From positions 11,781 to 75,780 of the forward strand of contig CAKZSO010000024.1 of the NCBI GenBank assembly GCA_937921255.1: a DNA stretch of 64,000 bases, in the 5' to 3' direction. Positions 9,151 to 19,445 of this stretch are shown here, one piece after another (within the stretch, counting starts at the first letter, position 1; each line of letters begins with the position of its first letter). Source of the stretch: Candidatus Bipolaricaulota bacterium (GTDB lineage: Bacteria > Bipolaricaulota > Bipolaricaulia > Bipolaricaulales > Bipolaricaulaceae). Both the position numbers and the translations under genes were made by a program. The notes beneath the pieces were generated by a model. That model was not told the origin of the DNA. It saw nothing but the letters and a program-made list of their open reading frames with translations, and searched no databases.

Positions 9151-10003
9151 CCGTGGCGCTGCGAATCATCGTCTAGTTCGCCAGGCGGGGCCTGGGGCGG
9201 CAATCCTTCAACTCATTCTGGCCGCTCCTCGTCGACGGGAGGGCAGCGCCGATGTATCTCGGAGGTGCGCTGGGGGGCGGTGGGGCCATGCGCTCGCTGG
9301 TCTTCCTCGCCGAGGGTGCCCCCCCGGGAAGCGTCGGTTCCGCGTCCCGCGGCGTCGCCGTGGACGCACCGACTCTGAGCCCTGAACCCCGCGGCCGTGG
9401 GAATGAACCGATCCAGGGAGGGAAGACAACGGCACCCAGCGGGGGACGGCGGTTCTGTCTGAGCGGGCTTCCACGGGAACCGAGGCGGGCCGGGACGAGG
9501 AGCGGGTCAAGCCCGCTCGTTTCGCGCTCAGAGGGGGGCCCGCCGCCCCGGACAAAAGGGCGACGGACGGCACGTTCGTCGGGCTCTCCCCTTCCACTGC
9601 GCGGGGAGTTCAATCCCCGCTCGTTTGTGGACAAGGCCGCTACCGGAACCTCCGGAACACTGGCCAGCGCAACTCAACCCTGAGCAAGGCGGCGGTGCGC
9701 TGCACGGGGGGGACCCCGGCCAAGGGGGACCGCGGCGGGGACTCGGAGGCCCACGCCGCGGGGGGCCTCCGACACCCTTGGGGAGCTCACGGCAACCCGC
9801 GTCGTCGCCCAGCCGGGCCCGGTCAGAAACCGCGGCCGCTGTCCCTCCCCCTCCTCCCGGTAGGCCCCCGCGGGTCTAGGAGCTGGAGTGAGAGGAGCTC
9901 GCGACCCCCACGGCTCCACCGGTTCCACAGGGAGGTGTCCTGGTGGGCTTCCCGCCCGACGTCCATCCGAGACAACCGAGGCCATCGCAGACAAGCTGCC
10001 CCG

Positions 10004-10591
10004 CTACCCCCTCGGTCCCCGCGCGGGGCTCGGGCTGGGGAACCGGCCCAGTCCGTCGGGCCAGCGCTGAGTCTCCGCGGGCGAGCGGAGGCGGATCACC
10101 GAGCGGTGCCCGTGCGCGGGGCGGGCGAGGAGCTCCGGGTACTCCCGCTTGCGCCGTCCGTGCGTCCGAATCGCCCACAGGAGGACCGACTCGCGGGAGA
10201 AAGGACATCCGAAGGGACTCGCGGTTCCCGCTCCACAGCTCCTCTCGCCGGAAAGAGCGGCGGATCGTGCGCCGCAGGAGCTGGCCGAACACCCGCCAAA
10301 ACGGGTAGTCGAGCCAGATCACCGTGTCCGCCCGACCCACACGATATCCCGGACCTTGCTGTAGTTCCCGTCCACCACCCACACCGAGCCGCGCGTCCGC
10401 TCCTCCACGAGCACCCGCCCCTCGGCCAGGGGGCGGTTCGTCCACCCCGGGAGCCACGCCAGCGCGTCGAGTTCGATGAACGGGATCCCCAACCGGTCGG
10501 CAAGGGCCCGCCCGACGGTCGTCTTCCCCCAGCCGCTCGTGCCCACCACGCTGATTCGCCGCCCTGGCGTCGAGAAGGCTCGGCTCTTCAT
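10004..10591 (-). pseudogene. Adenylate kinase-like / FlaR topology modulation protein with two frameshifts
   Basis: VVGTSGWGKTT, IELDALAWLPGW, WVVDGNY; then ADTVIWLDYP..GNRESL; then EYPELL..VIRLRSP in three reading segments. Confidence 0.8.
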
Positions 10592-10649
10592 CCGCGGTCC
10601 TCCATCCCCCTGAACGGGGGCGCCTGTGGCTGTTGCTCCAGACGCAGCC

Positions 10650-11069
10650 CTAGAACTCCGCCACCTCCATCGGGGCCGTCCCCTGGGCGGCGCGCCACAC
10701 GATCGAGGTCCCCTTGGCGAGGCGGAACACGGAGAGGACATCGTACCCAAACTGCTCCACAACAGGCTTCAGAAACGTGAACACCTCGCTCACGATCCGC
10801 TTCTTGAGGTCGAGGTCGTCGAGACGCTGCATCTCGCCCCGCACGCGGACCTGAACGCCGGCCTCCGGGTCCCAGTAGGCGAGTTCGACCGACGGATCGG
10901 CCACGAGCTGTCGGTGGACGTCCTTGTTCACGCCGGTACAGAACGTGAGACCCACGGGCTCGACCAATGCGGTGTGCATCGCGCGCACGCGGGGCTCGCC
11001 ACCGTCCACGGTGGCCATGAACGACGCGGGGTTGGCCTTCACGAACTCCAGAACCTGTTCTCGGGTCAT
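10650..11069 (-). CDS. Pyridoxamine 5'-phosphate oxidase-like FMN-binding protein
   Basis: FMATVDGGEPRVR..K..QL..P.VE..QVRVRG pattern. Confidence 0.85.
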   Translation of the reverse strand: MTREQVLEFVKANPASFMATVDGGEPRVRAMHTALVEPVGLTFCTGVNKDVHRQLVADPSVELAYWDPEAGVQVRVRGEMQRLDDLDLKKRIVSEVFTFLKPVVEQFGYDVLSVFRLAKGTSIVWRAAQGTAPMEVAEF

Positions 11070-11168
11070 AGTGGCGCCATCCTACGAGCCGGGCCCGGCA
11101 AGCACAACTCACCATGAGGACTAGGCAGCCGAATGGACAGAGGCACACCCGGAGAGATGCTGGCTGGC

Positions 11169-11771
11169 CTATCCCGAGGGCCGGAGTTGTCCCTTCCGCC
11201 CGCGCCGCTCAGCGCGGACCATAAGCACCAGCAGAAGGCCCGTGCACACGATCGCCCGCATCGCGTACACGGTGGCCAGCACGCCCTGGCTCGACAGGAG
11301 CGAGAACACGGGCGCCACCATCAGGCCGATCCACATCGTGAACGACTCGGTGTTCCGCTCTGCCCTCCATAGCCGCCGCACAACCGGGAAGTAGGCGATC
11401 ACGAGGATCGCCTGAATCGCGCTGTGGGCGACCACGTGGTGCCGGGTGACCGCCCAGGCGATCACGATCGCGATGACGGCGGCCAGGCACCCCAGGTCGA
11501 ACCGGGTGAACCGCGTGCTCCGGTCCCCATAGATCGCGATCCAGGCGGCCACGGTCCCCACCAGGATGATGTCGGCGGTGTTGAGAATGTTGTCGAGCGG
11601 GCTGTAGAGGCCCTCGCCGAGGTAGGCGAGGAGGCTCCCCACGGTGGCGACGGTGAAGAACACCCACATCGCGAGGGCGGGGCTGATCCGCCCCCGGCAG
11701 ATGAGCCAGCAGTAGCGAACGCCAATCACGAGGTTGATCGTGCACACGGCGACGATGGAGAGCGTTCTCAT
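11169..11771 (-). CDS. Multi-pass membrane protein of unknown function
   Basis: About 7 hydrophobic segments; PxxxMW and PxxRRLW..ES..W pseudo-repeat. Confidence 0.75.
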   Translation of the reverse strand: MRTLSIVAVCTINLVIGVRYCWLICRGRISPALAMWVFFTVATVGSLLAYLGEGLYSPLDNILNTADIILVGTVAAWIAIYGDRSTRFTRFDLGCLAAVIAIVIAWAVTRHHVVAHSAIQAILVIAYFPVVRRLWRAERNTESFTMWIGLMVAPVFSLLSSQGVLATVYAMRAIVCTGLLLVLMVRAERRGRKGQLRPSG

Positions 11772-11789
11772 GGGATCGGCCCGCGCACC

Positions 11790-12824
11790 CTACGGCCGAC
11801 CCTCGCAGGTCGTGTGCGCGTCGGTGTCGAGTAGGCGAACGAAACGGTCCCAGGCGTCCGCATCGCCGTGCAGGTGGAACGCGAGCCACGGGAGGAGATA
11901 CGTCGCGGTGACCGCGTTCTGCGTTGCCGACCCCAACGTGGGACCTCGCCGGCCAAGCAGCGGCAGCCCGGCCGTGCACGCGGCTCTCTCGGCGGCGGCG
12001 CAGATCCCCTGGCCCGGCCCGCGGGCGTCAGAGAAGCCGCAGTGGTCGCCTTGGAGGACCGTCACACGGTAGCTCGCGGAGCCGAGGTTGGCGTGGATCG
12101 CTCGGCTATGGGCCCAAGCCGGGGTCACGCAATCCTCCCCGGCATCGAGGATCAGCACGGGGGGGCGCACCTCGCGCGCGGCGGCGATGGGGCTCGTGCC
12201 GAAGACGGGCGCCAGGAGAAGGTTTCCCAGGGGAGCCAGTGCGACCACGGTTCTCACCCCGTCGGTCTGCGACGCGGCGACGAGGGCTGCCCCGCCGCCG
12301 GTGGAGTGGCCCACGAATGCCGTCTCGTCGGCAATCCGGCCGAAGTAGCGGCTCGACGGATCGCCCGCCAGGGCGTGCATCACGTCCGCGACGAACAGGA
12401 GATCGCGGGCGTAGGCACCGATGTCGATCGCCGCGCTCGCCGACAGCTTATCGGGAAAGACAAGGATGTACCCGTGCGGGACGAGGGCCTCCCAGATGTA
12501 AGCGTAGTCGGCGTACGACTGACGGTAGCCGTGCCCAAACACGACGAGCGGGAAGGCGCCGTCGGCCACGGCTCCGTCCGGGGAGCCGGGGTAGCGCACC
12601 TCCACGGGCAGGCTCGCGAGCCCATAGGGGGAACCGTAGAACACGATCCGCTCCGCCTGCACAGAGCACGTGCCACCCTGGCAGGCCTCGGCGTCCACCC
12701 GCGGGTTCGAGCCAAGCTCCCCCCCTCCCACGTTGCCCACCGGACCCAAGACAAGGCACCCCGAGAGCAGCACCCGCCCGAGCGCGCGGAGGATCGGTGT
12801 CCGAGGCAATCGCAGTGGTCTCAC
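11790..12824 (-). CDS. Alpha/beta hydrolase, chlorophyllase/cutinase-like
   Basis: FPLVVFGHG, GHSTGGG nucleophile elbow, EDCVTP, GDHCGF; start uncertain. Confidence 0.85.
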   Translation of the reverse strand: MRPLRLPRTPILRALGRVLLSGCLVLGPVGNVGGGELGSNPRVDAEACQGGTCSVQAERIVFYGSPYGLASLPVEVRYPGSPDGAVADGAFPLVVFGHGYRQSYADYAYIWEALVPHGYILVFPDKLSASAAIDIGAYARDLLFVADVMHALAGDPSSRYFGRIADETAFVGHSTGGGAALVAASQTDGVRTVVALAPLGNLLLAPVFGTSPIAAAREVRPPVLILDAGEDCVTPAWAHSRAIHANLGSASYRVTVLQGDHCGFSDARGPGQGICAAAERAACTAGLPLLGRRGPTLGSATQNAVTATYLLPWLAFHLHGDADAWDRFVRLLDTDAHTTCEGRP

Positions 12825-13428
12825 GCCGGACGATCGTACACCGGCCCACCCTGCCCGGCTGCACCGTGACAGGCCCGCGGGAGCGGACGCCTGTCGTTCA
12901 TCTCCGGAGAATCTGTACCGGGCCACGAGATCGGGTCTTCCCCAGTACCGTGGACCGCTGGCAGCGTGTGGGCGTACCCGCGGCGGCAACATCGCTTGTC
13001 CGCCAGGCAACCCCGCGATACGGGTGAACTGGGCAGCAGAATCCCCCCTCACCCTGCCCTCTCCTCCCGCTGGAGGGAGGGGATGTGGACACGGGGGCGC
13101 AGCCCGCAGAAACCGCTCACCGGAGGCCGGTCTCGCCCTATCCGTGCCTGCTGCGACGGTGTCTCCCCACGGGCTACCAGCGCTCGACCCACTCCCGGAC
13201 GACGCTCCGCGAGGTGCCCCATCTGTGGATCGTCTCCGCGTCCCCAGGTACCTTGCGACCCGTTGCCTTCCTGCCGCCCCGCTCATCGCATCTGCGTCCC
13301 TGGTAGCAAGATCCACTGCGCTCTTCGTCTCGTCGTTGCGACACCTTCCCAGAATCAGCACCGTCTCACTCGCCCATCGCCACACCCGAGCCCAGTACCG
13401 ATCTTGTCGTGCACCAAGGGGGGGGCAC

Positions 13429-13458
13429 TTGACCAGCCCGTGTGCTCCCGGATATACT
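13429..13458 (+). promoter_or_regulatory. Putative sigma70 promoter
   Basis: TTGACC-18bp-TATACT upstream of an AGGAGG RBS. Confidence 0.55.
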
Positions 13459-13493
13459 CGTTTCCCCTAGGTTCTACCGCAAGGAGGTGGACG

Positions 13494-14471
13494 ATGCGCT
13501 GGGGATGGACGATCGGAGTGGCGCTGATGGCGGTGGTTGGGACCGGAACACCGGGTGACATCTACCAGTGGACGTACGACCAACTCGCCCTTGGCCCAGG
13601 GTGGACGGGTCACGTGTTCGCCAACCGCACGGGCGGAGAGGTGCTGGGTTTGGAACTGCTCTTCACGGGCCCAGGACAGGCCCAGGTGCTGGTGGTGGGC
13701 GGGGAGCTGGCGCCGGACAACGGAGGCGTTGCAGGAGTCCGATTCACGGGCCGGGTTGTCCCTGGAGGTGTGGTCACCGTGGCCCTGCCCACGGACAGCA
13801 TGCCTCATCAGGCCATGTGGATCACCTCGGCAGGGCGGGTTCCGATCGACCTCGACCTCCCCATCCCGCGGCTCACCATCGAGGCGATCTGGCCGCAGCT
13901 GATCATCTCCGCCACCGGTGAGGATGGGCAGGACGACGGCACCGGCGGGTTTCGGGGAGCAAAGGAGCTGCCCCCAGAATGGGATGAAGGCTCTGACCAG
14001 GGGGACGAGCTCAGCAGGGGCGGCGGGGGGGCCGTGCTCGGGTTCAGCTGGCCGGACGATCTCGACCCAGACCTCCTGCAGGAGTGGCAAGGCTACGTCT
14101 GGCTCGTCCGCTTGGACGGCCGGCGCTCGTTCAGCCCTGTGGGCGAGGAGATCATCTCCTGGAACTGGTTCTGGGAGGACGGCCTCGTTCAGGATAACCC
14201 AGTGGTCGTCCGCGGGTTCACCTTCCCCGGCATCTACCGGGTGCGACTCGTGGTCACCGACGCTGCGGGCCGGGAGCAGGTTCTGACACGGTTCGTGGAG
14301 GCGCGGGACTGGGCGGCAATCGCAGAGGTCCTGGGGAACCACGGCACCACCAAGCCCGTTGCCAAGGAACCGTTCCTAGATCGTCAGGAGGCCCAGGCCC
14401 AGGAGGAGCAGACGAGGGACCCGCGATCGCCCCTGGATCCGAACCAGCTGCCGGGCGGGCGCGGCGGGTGA
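13494..14471 (+). CDS. Secreted PKD-domain protein
   Basis: Signal peptide; LDGRRSFSP..IISWNW.W.DG..PGIYRVRLVVTD.AG PKD signature. Confidence 0.8.
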   Translation: MRWGWTIGVALMAVVGTGTPGDIYQWTYDQLALGPGWTGHVFANRTGGEVLGLELLFTGPGQAQVLVVGGELAPDNGGVAGVRFTGRVVPGGVVTVALPTDSMPHQAMWITSAGRVPIDLDLPIPRLTIEAIWPQLIISATGEDGQDDGTGGFRGAKELPPEWDEGSDQGDELSRGGGGAVLGFSWPDDLDPDLLQEWQGYVWLVRLDGRRSFSPVGEEIISWNWFWEDGLVQDNPVVVRGFTFPGIYRVRLVVTDAAGREQVLTRFVEARDWAAIAEVLGNHGTTKPVAKEPFLDRQEAQAQEEQTRDPRSPLDPNQLPGGRGG

Positions 14472-14898
14472 GCGGAGGGACATCGACCCCGTAGGGCCTC
14501 CGCAAGGAGGTTCGGCGCATGCTGGCCGCGGTGGGGTCCCGCCGTTTGCGGCCAGCGCGCCCCTCCGCCCCGTGGCCTGACTCACCAGCAGCGCATGCGC
14601 CGACTGCTGGCGCAGGGCTGCGCAGGCAGGGCGCAATCGCCCTTCCGTGTCAGGTCTCTCCCCGGGCAACGCCCCCTTTTCCTGTCCCGCTCTGGGGGGA
14701 GCGACAGAGGCCATTGATGCCTCTGTCCAGTTCGTGGGTCCGTCGGGTGGCCGCTGCCTGCGAGCAGCCACGGACCCCCGCTATCGTCGAGTCCCCTCAG
14801 CAAGAACTCCTGAGCTCGGCGAGCGTTGACGGCCCGAGACAAATCGCCTCCGTTCGCTTCGTTTCGCCCCCCGTACCCCGAACCCATCACCGCCTGGT

Positions 14899-15340
14899 CT
14901 TGAACGGAAACTGCCGCGATGTCCAGCCACCGAATCGCGTCGTCCTCGCCCCCTACCAACGCGGAGATCACCACGATGCCGTCCGCTCCGTCTACGCCGG
15001 GGCGTTCGACGACGCGCCGTGGCCCGAGGGCTGGGACCGGTTCGCACGGTTCGACCCCCAGGGTGGGTTCGTGGCCGCGGGTGCTGTCCCGGGACGGGCC
15101 CTTGGCTTCTGCGCCTCGTTCTCTGGCGATACGTCCGGGTACATCAGCGTCGTCGCCGTCCTGCCCGAGCACCGTCCGGCCGAGGTCGCCTCGGCCCGCG
15201 TCAGCGCCGCCTGCACCTACCTGCGGGGCCTCGGGCTCGCAGAGGTTAAGGTGGACGCGTTCACCGACTCCCCGCCCGTGGTTCGTCTGTACGAGCGCAT
15301 GGGGTTCACGATCGAGTCGACGTTTCCCGACACAGAGTAG
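14899..15340 (+). CDS. GNAT acetyltransferase, possibly degenerate; start uncertain
   Basis: GYISVVAVLPEHR and LYERMGF; canonical RxxGxA motif altered. Confidence 0.6.
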
Positions 15341-15487
15341 GTCGCCGGGGAATCCCAGGGCGATAGTCGGATGCGCCCACATCCAGATTCACTTCTAGAC
15401 CCACGTACCTCTGCGCCGTTGGATGAACCGGCTGTCGGACACAGGGTCCGACGCCGCACGATCATGGAGCTCCTTCTCACCTTCCCC

Positions 15488-16795
15488 TCACCGCGAGGCG
15501 GCAGGCTGCTCCAGCGGCGCAGTGGGCCCGGGCCCCACCTGGGAAGCGGATCGGCCACCGATCGGCCCCAGGCGCCAGCTGAGCACGTGGCCGACGAAGA
15601 CCAGCCCCAGGGTCAGGGAGAGGAGCGTTGCGTAGGACGTCCGGGCGAGGATCCAACCGCCGAGAAGCGGAGGGAGCACAGTGAGCCCGCTCAGGGTGCT
15701 GAACAGGCCGATGTACACTCCCCGCTCGCCGGGCGGGGCGAGTTCGACCGCACCGTTGGCGAACCCGATGAAATTAGCGCTGAGGGACAGCCCGATCGCC
15801 GCGAACACCCACGGGTAGAGAAACGCGAACAGGTGATGGGCATCGAGCCCGGTCACCAGAAACAGAAGCGCCACGGCAGGGGCGGACGCGCTGGCGGCGG
15901 TGGCGACCTGGATCACGCGGTGGATCCCCGCCCGCTCGCTCAGGAGGCCCAGCCCGAGTCCGGCCACGATCCCCCCCACCGTCTGCACGGCGGCGAACAC
16001 GCCGACGTAAGCAGGCGAGAACCCCAACACCTGCGTTCCAAGCAGGGCGTAGAACCCCAGCGCGAGCCCCTCGAACCCCGACACAAGCCGGACGACAACG
16101 AGCGAGCGAAACGTCCGGTTCTCCCGGAGAACGGCGATCAGCTGCTGCAGATAAGCCCGTGGTGACGGTCTGAGCACAGGCTCCTCGTCGGGCTCGACGA
16201 CGAAGCTCCACGACCCGAGCGACAGAAGGAGCAGGATGCCCGTCAGCGAGAACAGCGCTGCGTAAGCCCGGGGGAACCCAGGACCCCACTCCCCAAGAAG
16301 CCAGGCGATGAGCCCGCCCGCCCCCACGGCGAGCACACCCCGGGCCACCGTGCTCGCCCCGAGCACGCGGCCGCGACGTCCCGCGGGGATGGCCTTGGCA
16401 AACACGTCCCACCACACCATGTGGTCCACAGACAGGAACAGGAACATGACCCCGTGGAGCACGAGGAACATCCCCAACGTCAGTCCGGGGTGCGAACCGG
16501 CTCCCACCCAGAGGGCGATGCCCAGGACGAGGTACGCCGGCCGGGACACGAGACCGGCGCGGGTGAGCCAGTGCTTCTTCCGCCGAGCAGGAAGGAGCCA
16601 CCACGCCACCGCAAGCTGCGGCGCCCGCCACGCGCCCTCGGCGAGGGCGATCACCAGCCCCACGAGGACCGTGCTCCCCGTGAGTTCGCTCACGAACTGG
16701 GGCAGTACAGTGGTGAACCCGATGAGGACCATCCCCACCCCAAACAGGGTCGCCTCGCCGAAGAAGGCGAGAGCGTTGCGGCGCTGGACGTCCAT
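15488..16795 (-). CDS. MFS transporter
   Basis: About 12 TM segments; IPAGRRGR, LSERAG, APPGERGVY. Confidence 0.9.
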   Translation of the reverse strand: MDVQRRNALAFFGEATLFGVGMVLIGFTTVLPQFVSELTGSTVLVGLVIALAEGAWRAPQLAVAWWLLPARRKKHWLTRAGLVSRPAYLVLGIALWVGAGSHPGLTLGMFLVLHGVMFLFLSVDHMVWWDVFAKAIPAGRRGRVLGASTVARGVLAVGAGGLIAWLLGEWGPGFPRAYAALFSLTGILLLLSLGSWSFVVEPDEEPVLRPSPRAYLQQLIAVLRENRTFRSLVVVRLVSGFEGLALGFYALLGTQVLGFSPAYVGVFAAVQTVGGIVAGLGLGLLSERAGIHRVIQVATAASASAPAVALLFLVTGLDAHHLFAFLYPWVFAAIGLSLSANFIGFANGAVELAPPGERGVYIGLFSTLSGLTVLPPLLGGWILARTSYATLLSLTLGLVFVGHVLSWRLGPIGGRSASQVGPGPTAPLEQPAASR

Positions 16796-16993
16796 GGCGG
16801 GAAGAATACGCGCTCGACCGAACCCGTTCTCCCTGCAGCGGGCCGGGTACCCTCACCTCCGTCGCAATTGCCCCGAACGGGCACTCGGAAGCGCACGTCC
16901 TGTACCCGTGGCACCGCGCGCGGTCAGGCGCGGCCCCTCGCAGCACCACTCGGCGGGCACCGACCGCCCTCCCTGGACCGACGCGGAAGATCT

Positions 16994-18013
16994 GTGCACA
17001 CTCCTACCGTGGGTTCCGCCGATTTCGACGCCGCGACCGATCCGTTGGCCGCCACGCCCCCTGCGGCCCCGCCAGCCGAGCGTAGAGCGCACCCCTACCC
17101 CTCGGGGCAGGCGATCCTGTTCGCCGACCTCCGCGGGTTCACCTCGTACACACGGGAGCGGGGAGATGAGCAGGCGTACCGCCTCGCCAAAGAGTTCACC
17201 ACCCTCGCTGTGCGCTCCGTAGACCAGCACTACGGACGGGTGATCAAGACGCTGGGCGATGGAATCATGGCCGCCTTCCCCCAACCCGCCGACGCCGTCC
17301 GGTGCGCGAGGGAAATCCAGGAAGAGATCGCCCGGCGGAACGCTGCGCACCCCGACGACGCCCTCACCAGCGGCATCGGGATCGCGTGGGGAACGCCCAT
17401 CGAGGAGGACGGTGACCTGTTCGGCTCGGTCGTCAACCTCGCCCACCGCCTGGCGGACCACGCCCGCGGCGGCCAGATTCTTGTCTCTCCCGTCGTCGTC
17501 GCGCACACATCCGGACAGGGCCTTCGCTACATCCACCTTGGCGCCCACGACCTGAAGGGGTTGGGGCAGCAGGAGATCTACGAGCACATCTGGCGAGACG
17601 AGGTGGCCCGCATCACCACCAACGAGGGCCGCCTGAATCTGATCCTGACCAAGGACGTCCTCGTCGTGGAACTCGGGAAGTCCCTTCAGGAACAAGTGCA
17701 GCTCGTCCGGAAGCTCCTCTCCGATCGCGCTCGCCGGCGCCACGGCATCCCCGGATTCCTCGCCAATAAGGTCCTGGGCCTGTTGGAGCGGGGCATCCCT
17801 CAGTTGGTGGACCGGGCGCTCTTCCGGGCCGGGATCGGGCTCGAACACCCGTTGGCGGACGTGACCGCCGCGTTCGAACGGAACACGCTTACTGTGAGGA
17901 TCCGCGGCCATCGCGGGGTCCGGCTGGGACCCAAAGACGTGGATCCCCGCCTCGCTGCCGAGTTCGTGGCCAAGCTGACCCAGCTCAAGAACGCCGGCTC
18001 GCCCCCTTCGTGA
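16994..18013 (+). CDS. Class III adenylate/guanylate cyclase with uncharacterised C-terminal domain
   Basis: LFADLRGFT, IKTLGDGIMA, DLFGSVVNLAHRL, LKG; start uncertain. Confidence 0.88.
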   Translation: MHTPTVGSADFDAATDPLAATPPAAPPAERRAHPYPSGQAILFADLRGFTSYTRERGDEQAYRLAKEFTTLAVRSVDQHYGRVIKTLGDGIMAAFPQPADAVRCAREIQEEIARRNAAHPDDALTSGIGIAWGTPIEEDGDLFGSVVNLAHRLADHARGGQILVSPVVVAHTSGQGLRYIHLGAHDLKGLGQQEIYEHIWRDEVARITTNEGRLNLILTKDVLVVELGKSLQEQVQLVRKLLSDRARRRHGIPGFLANKVLGLLERGIPQLVDRALFRAGIGLEHPLADVTAAFERNTLTVRIRGHRGVRLGPKDVDPRLAAEFVAKLTQLKNAGSPPS

Positions 18014-18129
18014 GCCCCGTCTTCGGCTGGGGCCTTCGGGCACCCGGGTGATGTTTCCGGTCCTGCACTGCGTCACAAGACGGTGACGATCCCTGACCGA
18101 GTCCGCCCCACCTCCCAGGCAGAGCACGA

Positions 18130-18158
18130 GACGAAAAGGCCCTTCGGGGGGCCTCGTC
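18130..18158 (-). terminator. Possible terminator downstream of tRNA-Pro
   Basis: AGGCCC/GGGCCT stem followed by TTT on the minus strand. Confidence 0.35.
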
Positions 18159-18369
18159 GGTTCCTTCGTTGAGGATGGTAGGAGAGCGGGCTAGGCATCC
18201 TACGCAAGCGAGCATTGTCCCCCCACCCGATAGAGGGATCGCGAACGTCCGATGGAGGACCTGTGGACGGACGGATGACGGCGTCGGGGAAAGCGCAGAC
18301 GCACCTTTCACCGCCGGGAACGGATACGTGGGTCGAAAACGCCTCGGTGGCCATTCCCGAGCGCGGTTC

Positions 18370-18446
<77 letters not shown>

Positions 18447-18515
18447 GCTACAGCGGCAAACCTGTCGCAAAGCGAACTCTACCGCGATCCCCCCTCCCGT
18501 CAAGGCCCCCCGCCC

Positions 18516-19445
18516 TTGACGCCCGGCTTGTCCCAGCCGGAGGAGCCCCGTACCCTTCCCACGACGATGATCCCCCACCTCTACGTCGGACCCGGAGCCC
18601 GCGCCGCCGCCCTTGCCCAGGCGTCGTCCGCCTTGGGCACCCCCCCCGAGCAAAGCCCTGACGCCCGGCTCGTCCTCTCCACCGGGACCGAAGTGGGCAT
18701 TGACCGAATCCGGGAGCTCATCCTCTGGGCCCGGTACGGACCCGTGCGCGCTCCCCGCAAAGTGGCGGTGATCGGCCCCGCCGAGAAGCTGACCCGCGAG
18801 GCCTCCAACGCGCTCCTCAAGCTCCTCGAGGAGATCCCCCCCCACCTCGAGGCGATCCTCTATGCCGAGGCCCTCGACCGCGTCCTCCCCACGGTGCGTT
18901 CCCGATGTGCTCTCCTATGGTGCGATGCGGTACCGGACCAGATCGAACCGGCCCTCCGCGAAGTGGGCTACGACCGCGATGAGATCGCGTTTATCTCAGC
19001 GCTTCTCGGCGATCGGGTGGAGGCGGCCGCCGCGTTTCTCGCCGAGCGCCGCAAGCCCGCCCAAGAATGGGAAATCGCCGACGCCCAAGCGCGCGCGCTC
19101 CCCCTTGGCGAGCTGGGGAAGGAGTTCGCCAAGTACGCGGCGGATCCGCTGCTACGCCGAGCGTACGGCCGCCACCTCGCGGCCGCCCTCCCCCGCGCGG
19201 CCGCGGACGAGGTCCTCGCCCTGGCAGAAAAGCTGGCCAAGGACGGCAAAGAGACCGTGGCTGCGTTTCTCGACGAAGTCGCCCGGTTCCTCGCCACCGA
19301 GGCCGCCGTGGCGTGGCCAGACCTCCCGCCCGAGGTGCGCCTCGCGTGGGCGCGCAAAGCGTCCCTCGCCCGAGGCGAACTCGACGACAACGCCAATCCG
19401 AGGCTCCTCGCCGAGGTGGTGGCCCTATGGCCGCGGACAACTTAG
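18516..19445 (+). CDS. holB: DNA polymerase III delta-prime subunit
   Basis: IDRIREL, AEKLTREASNALLKLLEE.P, LPTVRSRC. Confidence 0.85.
   Translation: MTPGLSQPEEPRTLPTTMIPHLYVGPGARAAALAQASSALGTPPEQSPDARLVLSTGTEVGIDRIRELILWARYGPVRAPRKVAVIGPAEKLTREASNALLKLLEEIPPHLEAILYAEALDRVLPTVRSRCALLWCDAVPDQIEPALREVGYDRDEIAFISALLGDRVEAAAAFLAERRKPAQEWEIADAQARALPLGELGKEFAKYAADPLLRRAYGRHLAAALPRAAADEVLALAEKLAKDGKETVAAFLDEVARFLATEAAVAWPDLPPEVRLAWARKASLARGELDDNANPRLLAEVVALWPRTT

Noticed and set aside
9720-9781. Nested hairpin as an ncRNA
   Set aside because: Very GC-rich decayed region with no recognisable family motif or promoter
16994-18013. Pycsar anti-phage cyclase
   Set aside because: Purine-type specificity residues and no adjacent cNMP-binding TIR/TM effector
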